Source: Chiloscyllium plagiosum
Taxonomy: Eukaryota
Length of the DNA stretch: 64,000 nt
Direction of reading: 5' to 3'
Assembly (NCBI RefSeq): GCF_004010195.1
Contig: NC_057759.1
Coordinates: forward strand, 1,681,069 to 1,745,068
Shown here piece by piece: positions 52,864 through 64,000 of the stretch. The stretch's first letter is position 1. Each line of letters opens with the position of its first letter. The position numbers and the translations under genes are program-made. Below the pieces are notes generated by a model. It was not told where the DNA came from and did not search any database. It saw nothing but the letters and a program-made list of their open reading frames with translations.

Positions 52864-53401
52864 GTCACAGCTGATGCAATATTTCTTCCGACCCTTTTCC
52901 TGCCCTTTCCCCAGAACCTTAGATTCCCTGACTAAAATAAACTATCAATGTTAGCTTAAATATACTTAAAGACTCTGCTCCATAGCTCTCTGTGGCAAAG
53001 GTACTTAGCCCTCTGAAAGAAGAAATTGCTACTCATCTCAGTCCCTAATTCGTTCCCCATTATTTTGAGACTGTGTCATCTGTTCGAAGACTCTACCATA
53101 AGGGAGAAACATCCATTCAGCATTGACCTTGTAGAGCGGGAATGCGTTTCAATGAGCTCAACTCTCATTCTTCTAAATTCCCTTGAAATAAACCACGCTC
53201 GTATTAAACTCTGACCTTGTTTCAAACTATAGCAAACGACTGTTGTGACTTGCCCTGTAATCTGTTACATGAGATTTCCGGTGATGACCACATAAGGAAG
53301 GTTTTAAGATTGTCTCTCGATAGGCTGTCACAAATATTCCCTCAAATGGAGTATTTTGTGGCTGTTTTTGCCACTGCAGCCATTTGGGATTTAGGTAACA
53401 G

Positions 53402-53827
53402 TTAAACGTCATTGGCGAGAATCGGACATTGCGATCAGTGATTGGTCAATTCATTGGCTGAGTACCAAGAAGTCTCTGGAAGAATGAGGACTCTTTGAGA
53501 TAGAAGTTACCAGAAGAAAAGATTGTTCGGGAGTGACCCCTCAAGACCAATATTTGAGAAATACATGACCTGAAGTTATCTGCAGAGATCAAATGGCAAC
53601 ATCTACCAACAGCATAGTTGGTCACTTCACTCAAATTGGAGCAGTATTTGTTTCAAGCTAAATTTATGAAGTTAGAGGAAGCAAGAAGTACATGTTGCAA
53701 CGCGTGTATGTTTCATATTGATACCTAAAGAGCTATATAAAGAAAGATTTGTTTAATGATCTTTTGAATTGAAAGCCTCTGTCACACAAGGGAGGAACAG
53801 ATGGGGAAGGCTGAAGTTCTCTTTCAG
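53402..53827 (+). pseudogene. Butyrophilin/B7-like IgV exon remnant, right copy (3' boundary uncertain)
   Basis: Fragments LNVIGENRTLRSVIGQFI / EYQEVS / SICFKL / YEVRGSKKYM / YKE...ELKAS, resembling FxVIGxxxxxxAxVGxxxxLxCQL ... YxExxxELKV. Confidence 0.45.
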
Positions 53828-54336
53828 GTAAAAGCTCTTCATAGCCCATGGAAACCGTCTGAAAAGCAACTGAAATCAGTAACAATTCAGAATGGGCAAC
53901 AATTTCTGGCCATGCCAGTGATGTCCACACCCGATTAAAAAATAATGAGGCAAAGAGTACAGTAAAGTAATCGATTTTCCAACCAGAATCCCTACAGTGC
54001 ACATAGAAGCCATTTAGTCCACCAAGTCTGCACTGATGTCCCAAAGACCATTCCATATCTTCCGCCATGGCTAAATCACCAAACCTGCACATTCCTTGAC
54101 ACAATGGGGCAGTTTTAGCATGGTCATTCCACCTAACCAGCATGTCTTTCAACTGTAGATGAAACGGAAGACATCCACAGGAAACGGACACAGTCACAGG
54201 GAGAACGTGTTAGCTTAAAACAGTAACCCTAGGCCCTGGTGCTGGGATGCAACAATTCTATCCACTGAGCTACCATAAAATACCAGTTAGTTTAGCTCTG
54301 TCTTTTCCTGTTAATGTCATGAAGACTTCAATCAGA

Positions 54337-54705
54337 TCTCACCCAAATCTTGGAAATTCTAGAGAGAACGATATCACCTTCTAAAAGAAGCAAAAGCACA
54401 ATTAGATTGATAATTTCAGAAATTACGAGAATGTTTTTTTTTGCATTATGAAGACTCTGTGAATAGATATTGTTTTCTATAAAAAAAAACCTGGAGATTT
54501 GGAGAGTTTCCTTGATGTTTGATGAACCTATCGTTTCTCCCTTGGAAAGAATATAAGTTTGATGATCATTGCTCAAGGAATATAGAATTGAACATAAATG
54601 CACAGTATATACAGGAATGAAGTATATGGATCTGTTGTCAATGCTTATTATTTTTTGGACAAGTGATTTCCTTCCAACAAAGATCTTTGTTTTGTTAATA
54701 ATGTT
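54337..54705 (+). pseudogene. Second exon-like conserved block (possible extra V-type domain), right copy
   Basis: Fragments GKNISLMI / LLKEYRIEHKCTVYTGMKYMD, with several stops. Confidence 0.3.
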
Positions 54706-54851
54706 GAGTTCTTTTGCTTAAATCGGCGTTCAAGGGTTTCTATTTAAATGTTAACGGGGTCCCTAGGGAGGATCTCTTTCAGACTCTATATATTGATAAC
54801 ACTTTGATTTTGCTCTGGACTTCTGTAATTTGCCTAAGCTCCAATATGTAT

Positions 54852-55571
54852 TGTTACGACACGAGGTAAACCCCTCTGCTAATTTAAACCAGCAACACAG
54901 ATAAGTTTTATCCCATGCTGAAATCTGTTAAAGTTCGACAGGCAAAGAATTATCCCAGTAGACATTATTTAAATTAAACGTAGCATATTAATTCTTTATG
55001 TCTAACAGAGAATAATAACTAACAACTATTTACAACTCCTTTCTATTAAACCTATCTTTTACTTCCCCCGCTAGAATACTAGTCCGATATAAAATTCAGA
55101 TTTCGATTTCCCATTCAAAAAAATCACGTTTTAAAACCAGTCAGCTTTTCCGAGTTTCCTTGGTAAATCTTTATGTGTTGTTTCCTTCTTCAGGGATTCT
55201 GCTTCACATGTCTTTGGTAGATAAAGGTAGAGAACAGTTCTGCGGGCAGTCTGTACTTATTGGTGGCTCGCTCCTCTTTGCCAGTCTGGCTAACTGGTCA
55301 AAACGCCTGATATATATACCGCACAACTTCAGATAATGTCACTGGTTTTAATTTTGTCAAAATTCAAATTTGCTTGGCGTTTGGTATCTTGGGGCATAAT
55401 TTAAACTGATTGGCCGAAATTCAATTTGTTTTTGTCTCAGAGTTATCCAAATACAACAAGCTGTTCGAACAAATTTTGCATTTTAATTTTTCCAGTATTC
55501 CGTGTGCTTGCTCAGTCCTTGCTAGCCTTTCAACTCTCTTAATGGTACAGTACAGTTACAGCTTCATAACG
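54852..55571. mobile_element. Solo LTR (720 bp), Gypsy/ERV-type, 4-bp TSD GTAT
   Basis: Ends TGTTACGA ... TCATAACG (decayed TGTTA..TAACA). GTAT at 54848-54851 and 55572-55575. The left arm (~25165-25200) has the empty site with a single GTAT. TATA-like run at ~55310. Confidence 0.85.
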
Positions 55572-56782
55572 GTATGAAATCAGGATTGCAGGGTTGAGAG
55601 ACAGTAACTTGCTTCAAGCTGTCTCCTGTCAAACAAATGTGTGGTGTACTCTTAAGGGTGTTAATCACTCAGTCATTTAACCACACAACAACTCAGGCAG
55701 AAGTTTTAGTGTGGATGTGAATAAAATCTTTTTCACCCAGAGGGTGGTGAGAATCTGGAACGCACTGCCAGCAAGGGTGGGAAAGACTGAAACCCTCATC
55801 ATATTGAAGAAGGATTTAGATGTGCACTTGTGATGGCAAGGCTATGTGCCAAGTGCTGCAAGGTGGAATTGGAATAGTTTGCTTCTTTTTGAAATGTGCA
55901 GACTCAATGGCCTAAAGAGCCTGAAGTACGAATACCTCTGTGTCGTTCATAATTACTATAAGCATCTACCTACACAGTAAGTAATGGGATCCAATGTATT
56001 CTATCGTTCTTTAAATACTATTATCAACATAAACCATGGCGGATAATCATGTTCATGCATGTAAGACTACAAAACATCCCAGCAGTTTTAGACCATTCAG
56101 CCCATTGCGTCTGCTCTGCCATCTGATTGTAGCTGATATGTTTCTCCTGTCTTCTCTCCATAATACTTGAACCTTTTAATCATGAACCTATCTATCTCTG
56201 TCTTAAATACAATCAATGACTTGGCCTCCATTGCCCTCTGCAGGAATGAGTTCCACAGATTCACTACACTCTGGTTAAAGGAATTCCCCCTCATCTCAGT
56301 TGCAAAGAGCTGTCCCTTAACTGTGCCCTCGGGTCCAATTCTACCGAGAAGCAGATCACGTTCTTCTTATATGATGGGATTTCATCGCTCACTGTACTTG
56401 TTGCTCGGGTAAAGACATTGGCTCCATGCATTTGTGAAGGTTTAAATAAAATGGACATTAAGCGATTTTAAAACCAGTGTCCAGTTTGCTATGTTAATGG
56501 CTCCAGTATTGAAACCAAATAATAGATAAGATCAAGTTTGAGAGCTGGATACCTGCTTTTGCTTGTTTGTCTATTAATGTGTTATTTCCTCATGTTTTTG
56601 ACATTACCTGACATTACCTGATTTTTGTTTTAAACCTCCTACAGGTGCTGATTTTCATTTATGTGTGCAAAATGCCTAGATGGTTAGAAAGAAAGTATTA
56701 TAAAAAGCATGTACTTCTTACTGGTTTTCATTCAAAGCTGCAGACATGTGAAGCCATTAATTCATTGTTGAATGTTGCACAG

Positions 56783-56985
56783 AACCACCCCCTGACATCA
56801 CCACAAGAAATAACATCACCATAGGAAATTAAATCATCAACCAAAGAAACCCATACACATAAATAGAAAGCAGGAATTTTGAGCAGTGCTTCTCCTGAGG
56901 CCCATTGAAGATGTTACCTAGTAGGGTAGCGAAACGTCTGGAAATGAACCTTCAAGTTCACCGAGCAAACCTACATCCAAAAAGT
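56783..56985 (+). mobile_element. Penelope-like element terminal fragment with decayed hammerhead (56902-56941), right-arm specific
   Basis: cca-tTGAAGA-tgttacctagtagggtagc-GAAACGTC-tgg followed by gagcaaacctacatcca. Absent at mirror ~24030-24045. Confidence 0.65.
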
Positions 56986-57266
56986 CAATCAGCAGCTGCA
57001 ACTGTATTGACTATTCCCATGCTTGAAATTTAATGCAGGCCATTAAAAAAGAAATCTGTTCTAAATACCATGAATATAGAATAATTGCATCTAAAACATT
57101 CAGATATCAAGGGAGAGTATGCAATGGAATGATGGGAGACTGGGAGGGGACAAATGGTGATGCACAAACCAAATTCAATTTTGGCTTCAAGAGAAAATTT
57201 ACAAGCAATTAATTATACACATTTGTTTCGAGCTCTTCTTAAAAGTTCGGTTTGTGACTGTTTCAG

Positions 57267-57546
57267 ATCTTCAGCGTCGATCCATTGCTCTTTGTCTTGT
57301 TTTATTTTGCGACCTTGGGAAGGATTCATATGAAAATGGCACAACAGCTAGTTCAAAGGATAAATAAACTTCTTTCAGTTGGATAGATACGAGATGATGG
57401 AATTTCTCCTTTATAAAGAAATCCAGTTGACAGGATGTTGGTCAGTGCTACTCACTACCACAGCTGTTCTAAAACTTATATAGAGATTTGCACAATTTCC
57501 ATTTGGGGGCGTTCCTCGAATCGTGATTACAAACTGAATGTCGAAG
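57267..57546 (+). pseudogene. Butyrophilin/B7-like IgC exon, right copy
   Basis: Mirror of 23447-23728: DLQRRSIAL...SYENG...IRDDGIS...CTISIWGRSSNRDYKLNVE. It has frameshifts and stops, and the donor GT has become AT. Confidence 0.55.
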
Positions 57547-60066
57547 ATGGAAATGAGTTAGCTTTTTGTTCACTCTGCAATAAGTTAGGAATTGCAATGT
57601 TCTCCTCTTGCATGCCTTTAATGCACTTAATAATTTTACTTCCACAGTTCGCTGCAGCAAAAGCATTCCACAGAATCACTTCCATCTGGCCGAAGAAATT
57701 CCTGCTCATCTCCCCTCTATAAGATGTGTCCTTTCACACGGAAAGAGCTGGAGAAAGTCAATAGGTCTGGCAAAATCTGTGGAGAGTGATGATCTGTGCT
57801 TACAATGTTTAACGTGAATGTGACATGCCACTTGCTTCCCAAACCTGAATATTACCTACATCTCGTTGCATTTGAACATGGTCTGCTTCAGTGTCTGAGC
57901 AGTGGTGATTGGTGCTGAAAATTGTGCAATCATGGCAAATATCCCACTCCTGACCTTACACAGGAGGGTAGGGCAAGAATGAAGTCGCCGAGTTGAATGC
58001 ATTGAAAAACCTGCAACATGCATAATTTAGCCAGTGTTCCAATGATTGAAATGGAAGGTAACAGGGAGCTACTTAACTCAGATGAAATGTTATGATGGTG
58101 AAATGTTATTAAAATAAGATAGACATGGATGAGATGTAAAAAAAATACGTTCAGTTTATACTTAACGTGTGTGAGAACAGAATTAATCTTCGATTGTGTC
58201 GGAGCACCTTTTGACAACTGCAATTCTACATCCAATATCCCACGATTCTGGCCATTAACACTGAAACAAACCCAGGCGCCAATGATTATGAAGGAGCTGG
58301 GAGAATGTGGTTTTCCAACACACTTCACATTGTACATGACATTTTAACTGCAGTTGAACAAGGCTGCGCACCACCACCCTCACAAGGGCAATTGGGGATG
58401 GGTAATAATTAAAACAAAATCTAGATGTCTCAGGTAAATGGATAAACACAGTAACATGTGGAATACGCAATCAGCTTTTCTTCTTCCAAGTAAACACTTT
58501 GATCCTTAAAAGTATAGTAGCACATTTTACAGCATCTCAAATTTGACAACTCACGATAGTGTATCATTAATATTCTCCTTTGAATGGGATTCAGATAAAC
58601 CTTATGTATATTAAGCATTCCAATTTCATTTCCATTCTGTATTTGTGATCTTCGACCCTTAGGCATCAGAGCAGAGATCAACCCATTCGGCTCATGGAGT
58701 CTGAACGCCACTAAACCAGGGCTGATTAGGTTTTTCAACCCTATTTTCCCCTTTCTCCCTGAAACTTTTCATCCCTTTGTGAAATAACAACTTATCTACT
58801 TCTGTTTTAATTGTAACTTCTGCTCAGTCCTTCATAGTCTTCTTTGACAATGAATTCACATATTCACTATTCTGTTGTTAAAGAGATTTATCCTTATCTC
58901 CGTTCCAAAAGACCTTCACTTTACTGTGCCCTCGGGTCCTATTCTCTCCTGCCAATGAAAATATCTTCCCAATGTCCACTCTGTCCAGACTGTTCAGTAT
59001 TTTGAAAATTTCAGTAAGAAAACCTACTCATTCTCCTGAACTTCACCGTATATAGACACAGCGTCCTCAAATGTTGCTCATATGTTAAGCTTTTCATTGC
59101 TGGGATCTATCTCATGAACATCCTCTGGACCTGTTCCAAAGCCAAGACACGCTTCCTGAGATATGGAGCTCAACATTGCGCATAATACTCTGTAGGTAAC
59201 GTGACCATACCCTTAATAAGCCTCCGAAGTGCATCCCTGTTTTTATATTGTCGTCCTGTTGAGGCAGATTACAACATTGTGTTTACCTTCCTAACTACCA
59301 ACAAATTCTCCTTAAGTGAAACCTGGACTAGGACTTCCAAGTCCCTTTGCACTTCCAATTCCTGAATTTTCTCCCCATTTAGAAAGTAGTCCAGGCCTCC
59401 ATTCATTCGACCATGCATCACAAGGAAACTGTCCAGCCAACTGAGCTACATTTACTCCTGTGTGTAATCTAGCTGAGGGACCTTAGGGCTCTCTCATTTC
59501 CACACACTGCTGCCGTGCTGACTGCGCAATAATGTTTTTTTTACTTTTAGCAATAACTTGACTCACCCAAATATGGATGATAGAAATTGATTTGGGAAAC
59601 CCATGAACACTTATGTTGTCATCTCAGTTCCTGTTTCACCTTGCTCAAGACAGACTGTTATCTTCCAAACAGTTAGAAATTTAAGCAGGAAAGGAAGCAA
59701 ACACACCATGGTTCTGATACCCCGTGTGGAAAGCTCGCGTCCTAGAATGAGTCACTCATTCCACCACCCTGCTTTCTATATACTGAGCAATTTCCAAACC
59801 GCACGTTTTAATCCACCCAGTCCCATGAACTGTATTTGTCTTTGTTGATATCCTGTGTGGGATCTTACGTAAAGCCTTTGGAAAACCACGTCACTTCTCT
59901 GTTTCTCATTTCCAGATAGTGCAAGGAATATCGTCGAAATGCATCATCAGTGTTGTTAAGCATGTTTTTTTTTAATTTAATGCGCCCTTATTGGCTCTGT
60001 CTAATTTTGCCACTCCTCACTCCATGCCCAATTACCAGATTCTCTCTAATCGATTGTATCATGTTC

Positions 60067-60555
60067 AGAAGTGTTCAGAAAAGATTTACAAGGCTGTTAC
60101 CAGGGTTGGAGGATTTGACCAATAGGGAGAGGCTGATCAGGCTGGGCTGTTTTCCCTAGAGCGTCAGAGGCTGAGGGACGACCTTATAGAGGTGTACAAA
60201 TTTTGAGGGGCATGGGTAGGATAAATAGACAACTTCTTTTCTCTGGTTTAGTGTAGTTCACAACTGGAGGGCTTAAGTTCAGGGTGAAAGGGGAAAGATA
60301 TAAAAGAGACCTAAGGAATAACTTTTCCACGCAGTGTTGTGTGAGTATGGAATGAACTGCCAGAGGAAGTAGTGGAGACTAGTCGAATTGCAACATTTAA
60401 AAGATCTCTGAATGCTTATATGAATATGAAAGATTTAGAGGGAGATGAGCCAAATGCTGGCCAATGGGATTAGATTACGTTAGGGTATCTGGTCGACATG
60501 GACGAGTTGGACCAAATCGTCTTTTTCCATGCTGTAATCTCTAAGAGTCTTTGAC
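60067..60555 (+). mobile_element. CR1-type LINE 3' fragment, right-arm specific
   Basis: SVQKRFTRLLPGLEDL. Absent at the mirror position (~19155-19165). Confidence 0.85.
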
Positions 60556-62236
60556 TCCATTCTCTATATTGTCGTTGCCAGGCTAAGAATAGGCTCTATT
60601 GACACCTTTTCCTCATTATTTAAGAGGTCATATTGGATACCTTCAAGTCAGCATGACCATTTTCATAGTGTATAGAATTATGAAATACAGATGATAATGC
60701 AGCAATTATGTTTTGGCAGTCATCGGACCCGCTTACTTTGAACTCATGAAATCTAGATAGTATTCATGAATCTTGGTAGATCCATCGTTCCTGTTGGATG
60801 TTTGTACATTAAAGGATTGCGTATCTCTTGTGAAACCTAAAGTGTTTGTTTATAGATTTGTCCATCTCCTATTGACTATTTTTCCGAGTTTTCAAAGCTT
60901 ACTCTAGATGATCTACTCCCTGGATATCTATATTTTCATTGTTCAGTTTAAGATGAATGATGTTGCATTCAAACTTAAGATTTTGGGATGTTATTGTCAC
61001 TATTTCCCACAAGTCTATGATGTTGTGGTCACTATTTCGCATTGGGTCATTTAAAAATACAGTATCAATCAACCTTTCTCATTATAACATATTAAAACCA
61101 ACTTGATCTGTTCCTAGAATGGTGCCTCACCCCTAGCCCAGTAAAACATTCCAGGAATTCATCTTCCATCATATTAACACTGATTTCAGAATTGAGTGTC
61201 CTCGTAAAGATCAATTGCTCTTTTTACAGAATAGCAGTCCTTGCGAGCATTATAAAGAATAGCAGTCCCTGTGTGCATTACAGGGGGCTGCCAATAGGGT
61301 GCAGATGCACACTTCCTGTAAACTGGGATCACAGGGAGACAGGGTGCTGAAGAACGTGTTTGCTACACTTTCATTCATGATATGGAACACTCAGTATAGG
61401 ATTTGGGAAGTCATGTTGCGGCTTTACGGGAAATTGGTGAGGCACAATACACCATTCTATTTCTAGTCGCCCATATATTGATAAGATATTGTTACAGCTA
61501 TAGTGCGAGGGCGCAGAAAAGATTTACAAAGTATGGCTGGGATTGGAGAATTTGAGTTGTTGGTGAGGCTGAATAGTTGTGGGGATTTTTCTCCCGAAGC
61601 AACAGAGATTGAGAGTTTATAGCAGTTTATAGAATGATGAGGGGCACGGACAGGGCAAGTACTCCAAAGCATTGTTGCTATGGCGAGGGAGTCCAAAACT
61701 GGAGAGCATCGTTTGAAGGTGAGAAAGGACAGAACTAAAAAATGACTTGAGGGGATTTTTTTTTTTGACAGAGCGAGTGGTGCACTAGAGAATGACCCGC
61801 CAGAGGAAGTGGTAGAGATGCGTAGAGTTACAGCATATGAAGGAATGAGGAAGAGTATACGGACAAGATGTTCAGAAGGATGTGGGGTAAACGCTGACAC
61901 ACATGGCGAGGTCAGATTTGTTTGTCTGGTTGCTGTGGATGATGTTTACTGCAGGGTCTGTTTACATGTTGCATAACTTTGATTCCATCCACATTAAATT
62001 TCACCTTAATTCCTTGATGATAACATGCCCAAAATGTGTATTATAGGTTTCATGCTCTATAAATAATTAGCATCAATGACTGTTTCCCCTTTGCTGATTC
62101 CCAACCGGATCCAAAATAATTCGATATCTTTTTACTTCAATCACATTTCCCCGTGCTAATGTATTCATGATTTTGTTATTTTGTGAGCTAGCCCAGGTCC
62201 CTTTCTTTTTTTTTTGCCTATTCTTTCTTAATACAG

Positions 62237-62301
62237 ACTGTCCTGGGAGAGTGGTGATGTGATAGCTCTATACACTGCTACACTAACATTATTTATAATC
62301 A
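62237..62301 (+). pseudogene. Leader exon 1 of the LRC-type receptor, right copy
   Basis: tattctttcttaatacAG acceptor. 62259-62301 reads (V/M)IALYTATLTLFII, phase 1. The start codon and donor are decayed. Confidence 0.45.
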
Positions 62302-62582
62302 GCCCTCGACTTCAAACCTAAAGACTTCTGGTGTGTGCGTCCATAACATTCAACACATTACCAAAACTGTCTGAAGGAATGCCTGTTAGAACTCAAAAAC
62401 ATCTTTAATTAATATTACACCAATTTATGCAACATTCAACAATCTTGCAAAAACATTACACTCCCGTCTCATGGCCGCATAATCAAAATATGCCATTACA
62501 GAAACTTGCACCTCTGTCTGTCTCAAGATTTGCAAAGAGGAAAGTATTGATATTCAGCAATTCGTTTATTGTTTCCTCTTAG

Positions 62583-62618
62583 TTCATTTCCACATCCTGG
62601 TAGAAATGTGGGACATAT
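62583..62618 (+). pseudogene. 36-bp leader mini-exon, right copy
   Basis: gtttcctcttAG | xHFHILVEMWDI | GTtagt. Exactly 36 bp, phase 1-1. Confidence 0.6.
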
Positions 62619-63270
62619 GTTAGTGTGAGAATTCAAAACGCATTTAATGCATTGACATAAAACAAAACTTCGGTAATGCTTTTCGCCTTCATTATCAGAT
62701 TAATTGATTAGAACAGTTTAAACAAAACTACTACTGAAGTTTTTATACATGTTTAGACATCATTTTTAAAGTTAATCTTCTCATGTCTCTTTTTTGGCGT
62801 GCATTATGAAGTGCCACATAACCAGTGGTGTGAGAACTACAATGTTTAATGTAATCATAGCTGCATCATCGGGTTCTGTTGTTTGAAAGTACATAAAAGT
62901 GTTAAACATAAAGAAGACTTTTTAAAAAAAATCATTAACAGCACAGTCCTGGAGGTCTACAGCACAACCAAAACCTCGTTGACACATCCAGTCAAACAAA
63001 AACCTAACCAATCTATTCCCACGTTCCTTTCACTTGGCCACATAACCTTGGCATCACAAATGCAACTATAAACCATTCTTCAATGTAATAAGGGTTTCTG
63101 CCTTTCCAAACTTTACAGAGAGTCGGTTCCAGAACCCCCACCACACTCTGAGTGAAAATATTTTTTTCTGACACCCCCCTCTTCAATGCCCCTTATCTTC
63201 AATCTATGCTCTTCCTCATCATTAATCCCTCCAACAAGCGGGAAAAGCGTCTTCCTATCTACGCGATTTG

Positions 63271-63475
63271 CACCCCTCATCATTAATGTATCTCAATCAT
63301 CTCCCCTCTTTCTCAATACCCTCTATTATAAGGAAACAACCGCAATCTGCCCAATCTCTCGCCATCACTGAAACACCCCTCATCATTAATGTATCTCAAT
63401 CATCTCCCCTCTTTCTCAATACCCTCTATTATAAGGAAACAACCGCATCTGCCCAATCTCTCGCCATCACTGAAA
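63271..63475. repeat. ~103-bp tandem duplication (63271-63373, 63374-63475)
   Basis: Units differ by one 1-bp indel. Confidence 0.95.
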
Positions 63476-63846
63476 CTCTACAGCTCCCAAGGCAACATCC
63501 TGGTAAATCTCCCTCTGCATCCTCTACCAGTGATTTCACATCACTTCTAGCCACAATAATCTCATTATGTGGCATAACCGATGTTTTGTACAGCCACAGT
63601 ATCGCCTCGCTGCTTTTAAGGACTTGGCCAGACAAAGGGGAGAATCCCAACACAATTTGCTTAATTTCAAACAGTGAGATTGATTTTACGAATTCAATGC
63701 TCTGAGGTACTATCCTCTGAAACCTAGTCCATATCATCCTGTGATCCTGATACAGTAAAGTATACGTGAAGGCAGCTTATTGTAGCAGTTCAGGCATTTT
63801 GATTAAACATATCATGTAGATAAAATCATTTAATTACATTCCTTCG

Positions 63847-64000
63847 ATGATTTTCCAAAGCCTGTTGTCTCTCTGAGTCCAGAGTATGGGGTGTTCTTGG
63901 AAGGAGAGGTCACATCAGTGAAGTGCAGCTGTCAGTGTCCAGTCATAAGCATATACTCTTCTACAATTCCGAATGCATTAAAACAGATGTTTCTGAAGGA
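63847..64000 (+). pseudogene. First Ig C2-type domain exon of the right-copy receptor (runs off window)
   Basis: DFPKPVVSLSPEYGVFLEGEVTSVKCSCQCPVISI, then probable frameshift into LFYNSE. PKPxxSLxP..VFxxGExxxxxC is a typical FcRL/LRC C2 start. The acceptor reads ccttCG instead of AG. Confidence 0.75.

Larger units (their letters stand above)
47995..63650. repeat. Right arm of the inverted segmental duplication
   Basis: Reverse complement of 14820-30450, with copy-specific insertions (CR1 49356-50285, CR1 52366-52863, solo LTR 54852-55571, Penelope fragment ~56783-56985, CR1 60067-60555). Confidence 0.95.

Noticed and set aside
59550..59710. Acceptor-led conserved block (mirror ~20930-21085) as a B30.2/PRY-SPRY exon
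   Set aside because: No LDPxTA or YWEV motifs in any frame I read.
1..64000. CRISPR arrays, rRNA, or prokaryotic-type operons and defence systems
   Set aside because: No repeat-spacer arrays or dense ORF packing. The sequence is eukaryotic and dominated by LINEs and SINEs.

Overview
This is repeat-rich vertebrate genomic DNA, most likely from a cartilaginous fish. That assignment is inferred from the abundant CR1-type LINE fragments, HE1-like SINEs, Penelope-derived short repeats and a shark-style C2H2-ZNF exon. I found no intact protein-coding gene. The longer ORFs in the track are LINE ORF2 pieces or the opposite strand of decayed exons. The window is organised as an old inverted segmental duplication: the left arm (~14.8-30.45 kb) mirrors the right arm (~48.0-63.65 kb) around a ~17.5 kb spacer holding a C2H2 zinc-finger pseudogene and a CpG/YY1-rich promoter-like island. 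Each arm carries the same decayed immune-gene cassette pointing outwards. It consists of (i) a butyrophilin/B7-like gene remnant (leader, V-like exon(s), a 282-bp C exon) followed by (ii) the start of an LRC-type (LILR/KIR/CHIR-like) Ig receptor with a split leader and a 36-bp mini-exon. On the left this receptor continues with C2-type Ig exon(s), an intact 96-bp transmembrane exon, small cytoplasmic exons and a candidate ITIM. Also present are hammerhead-ribozyme-core mini-elements with target-site duplications (TSDs), a solo LTR whose empty site is in the other arm, and several recent local duplications. All family assignments come from by-eye translation and motif recognition, not database searches.
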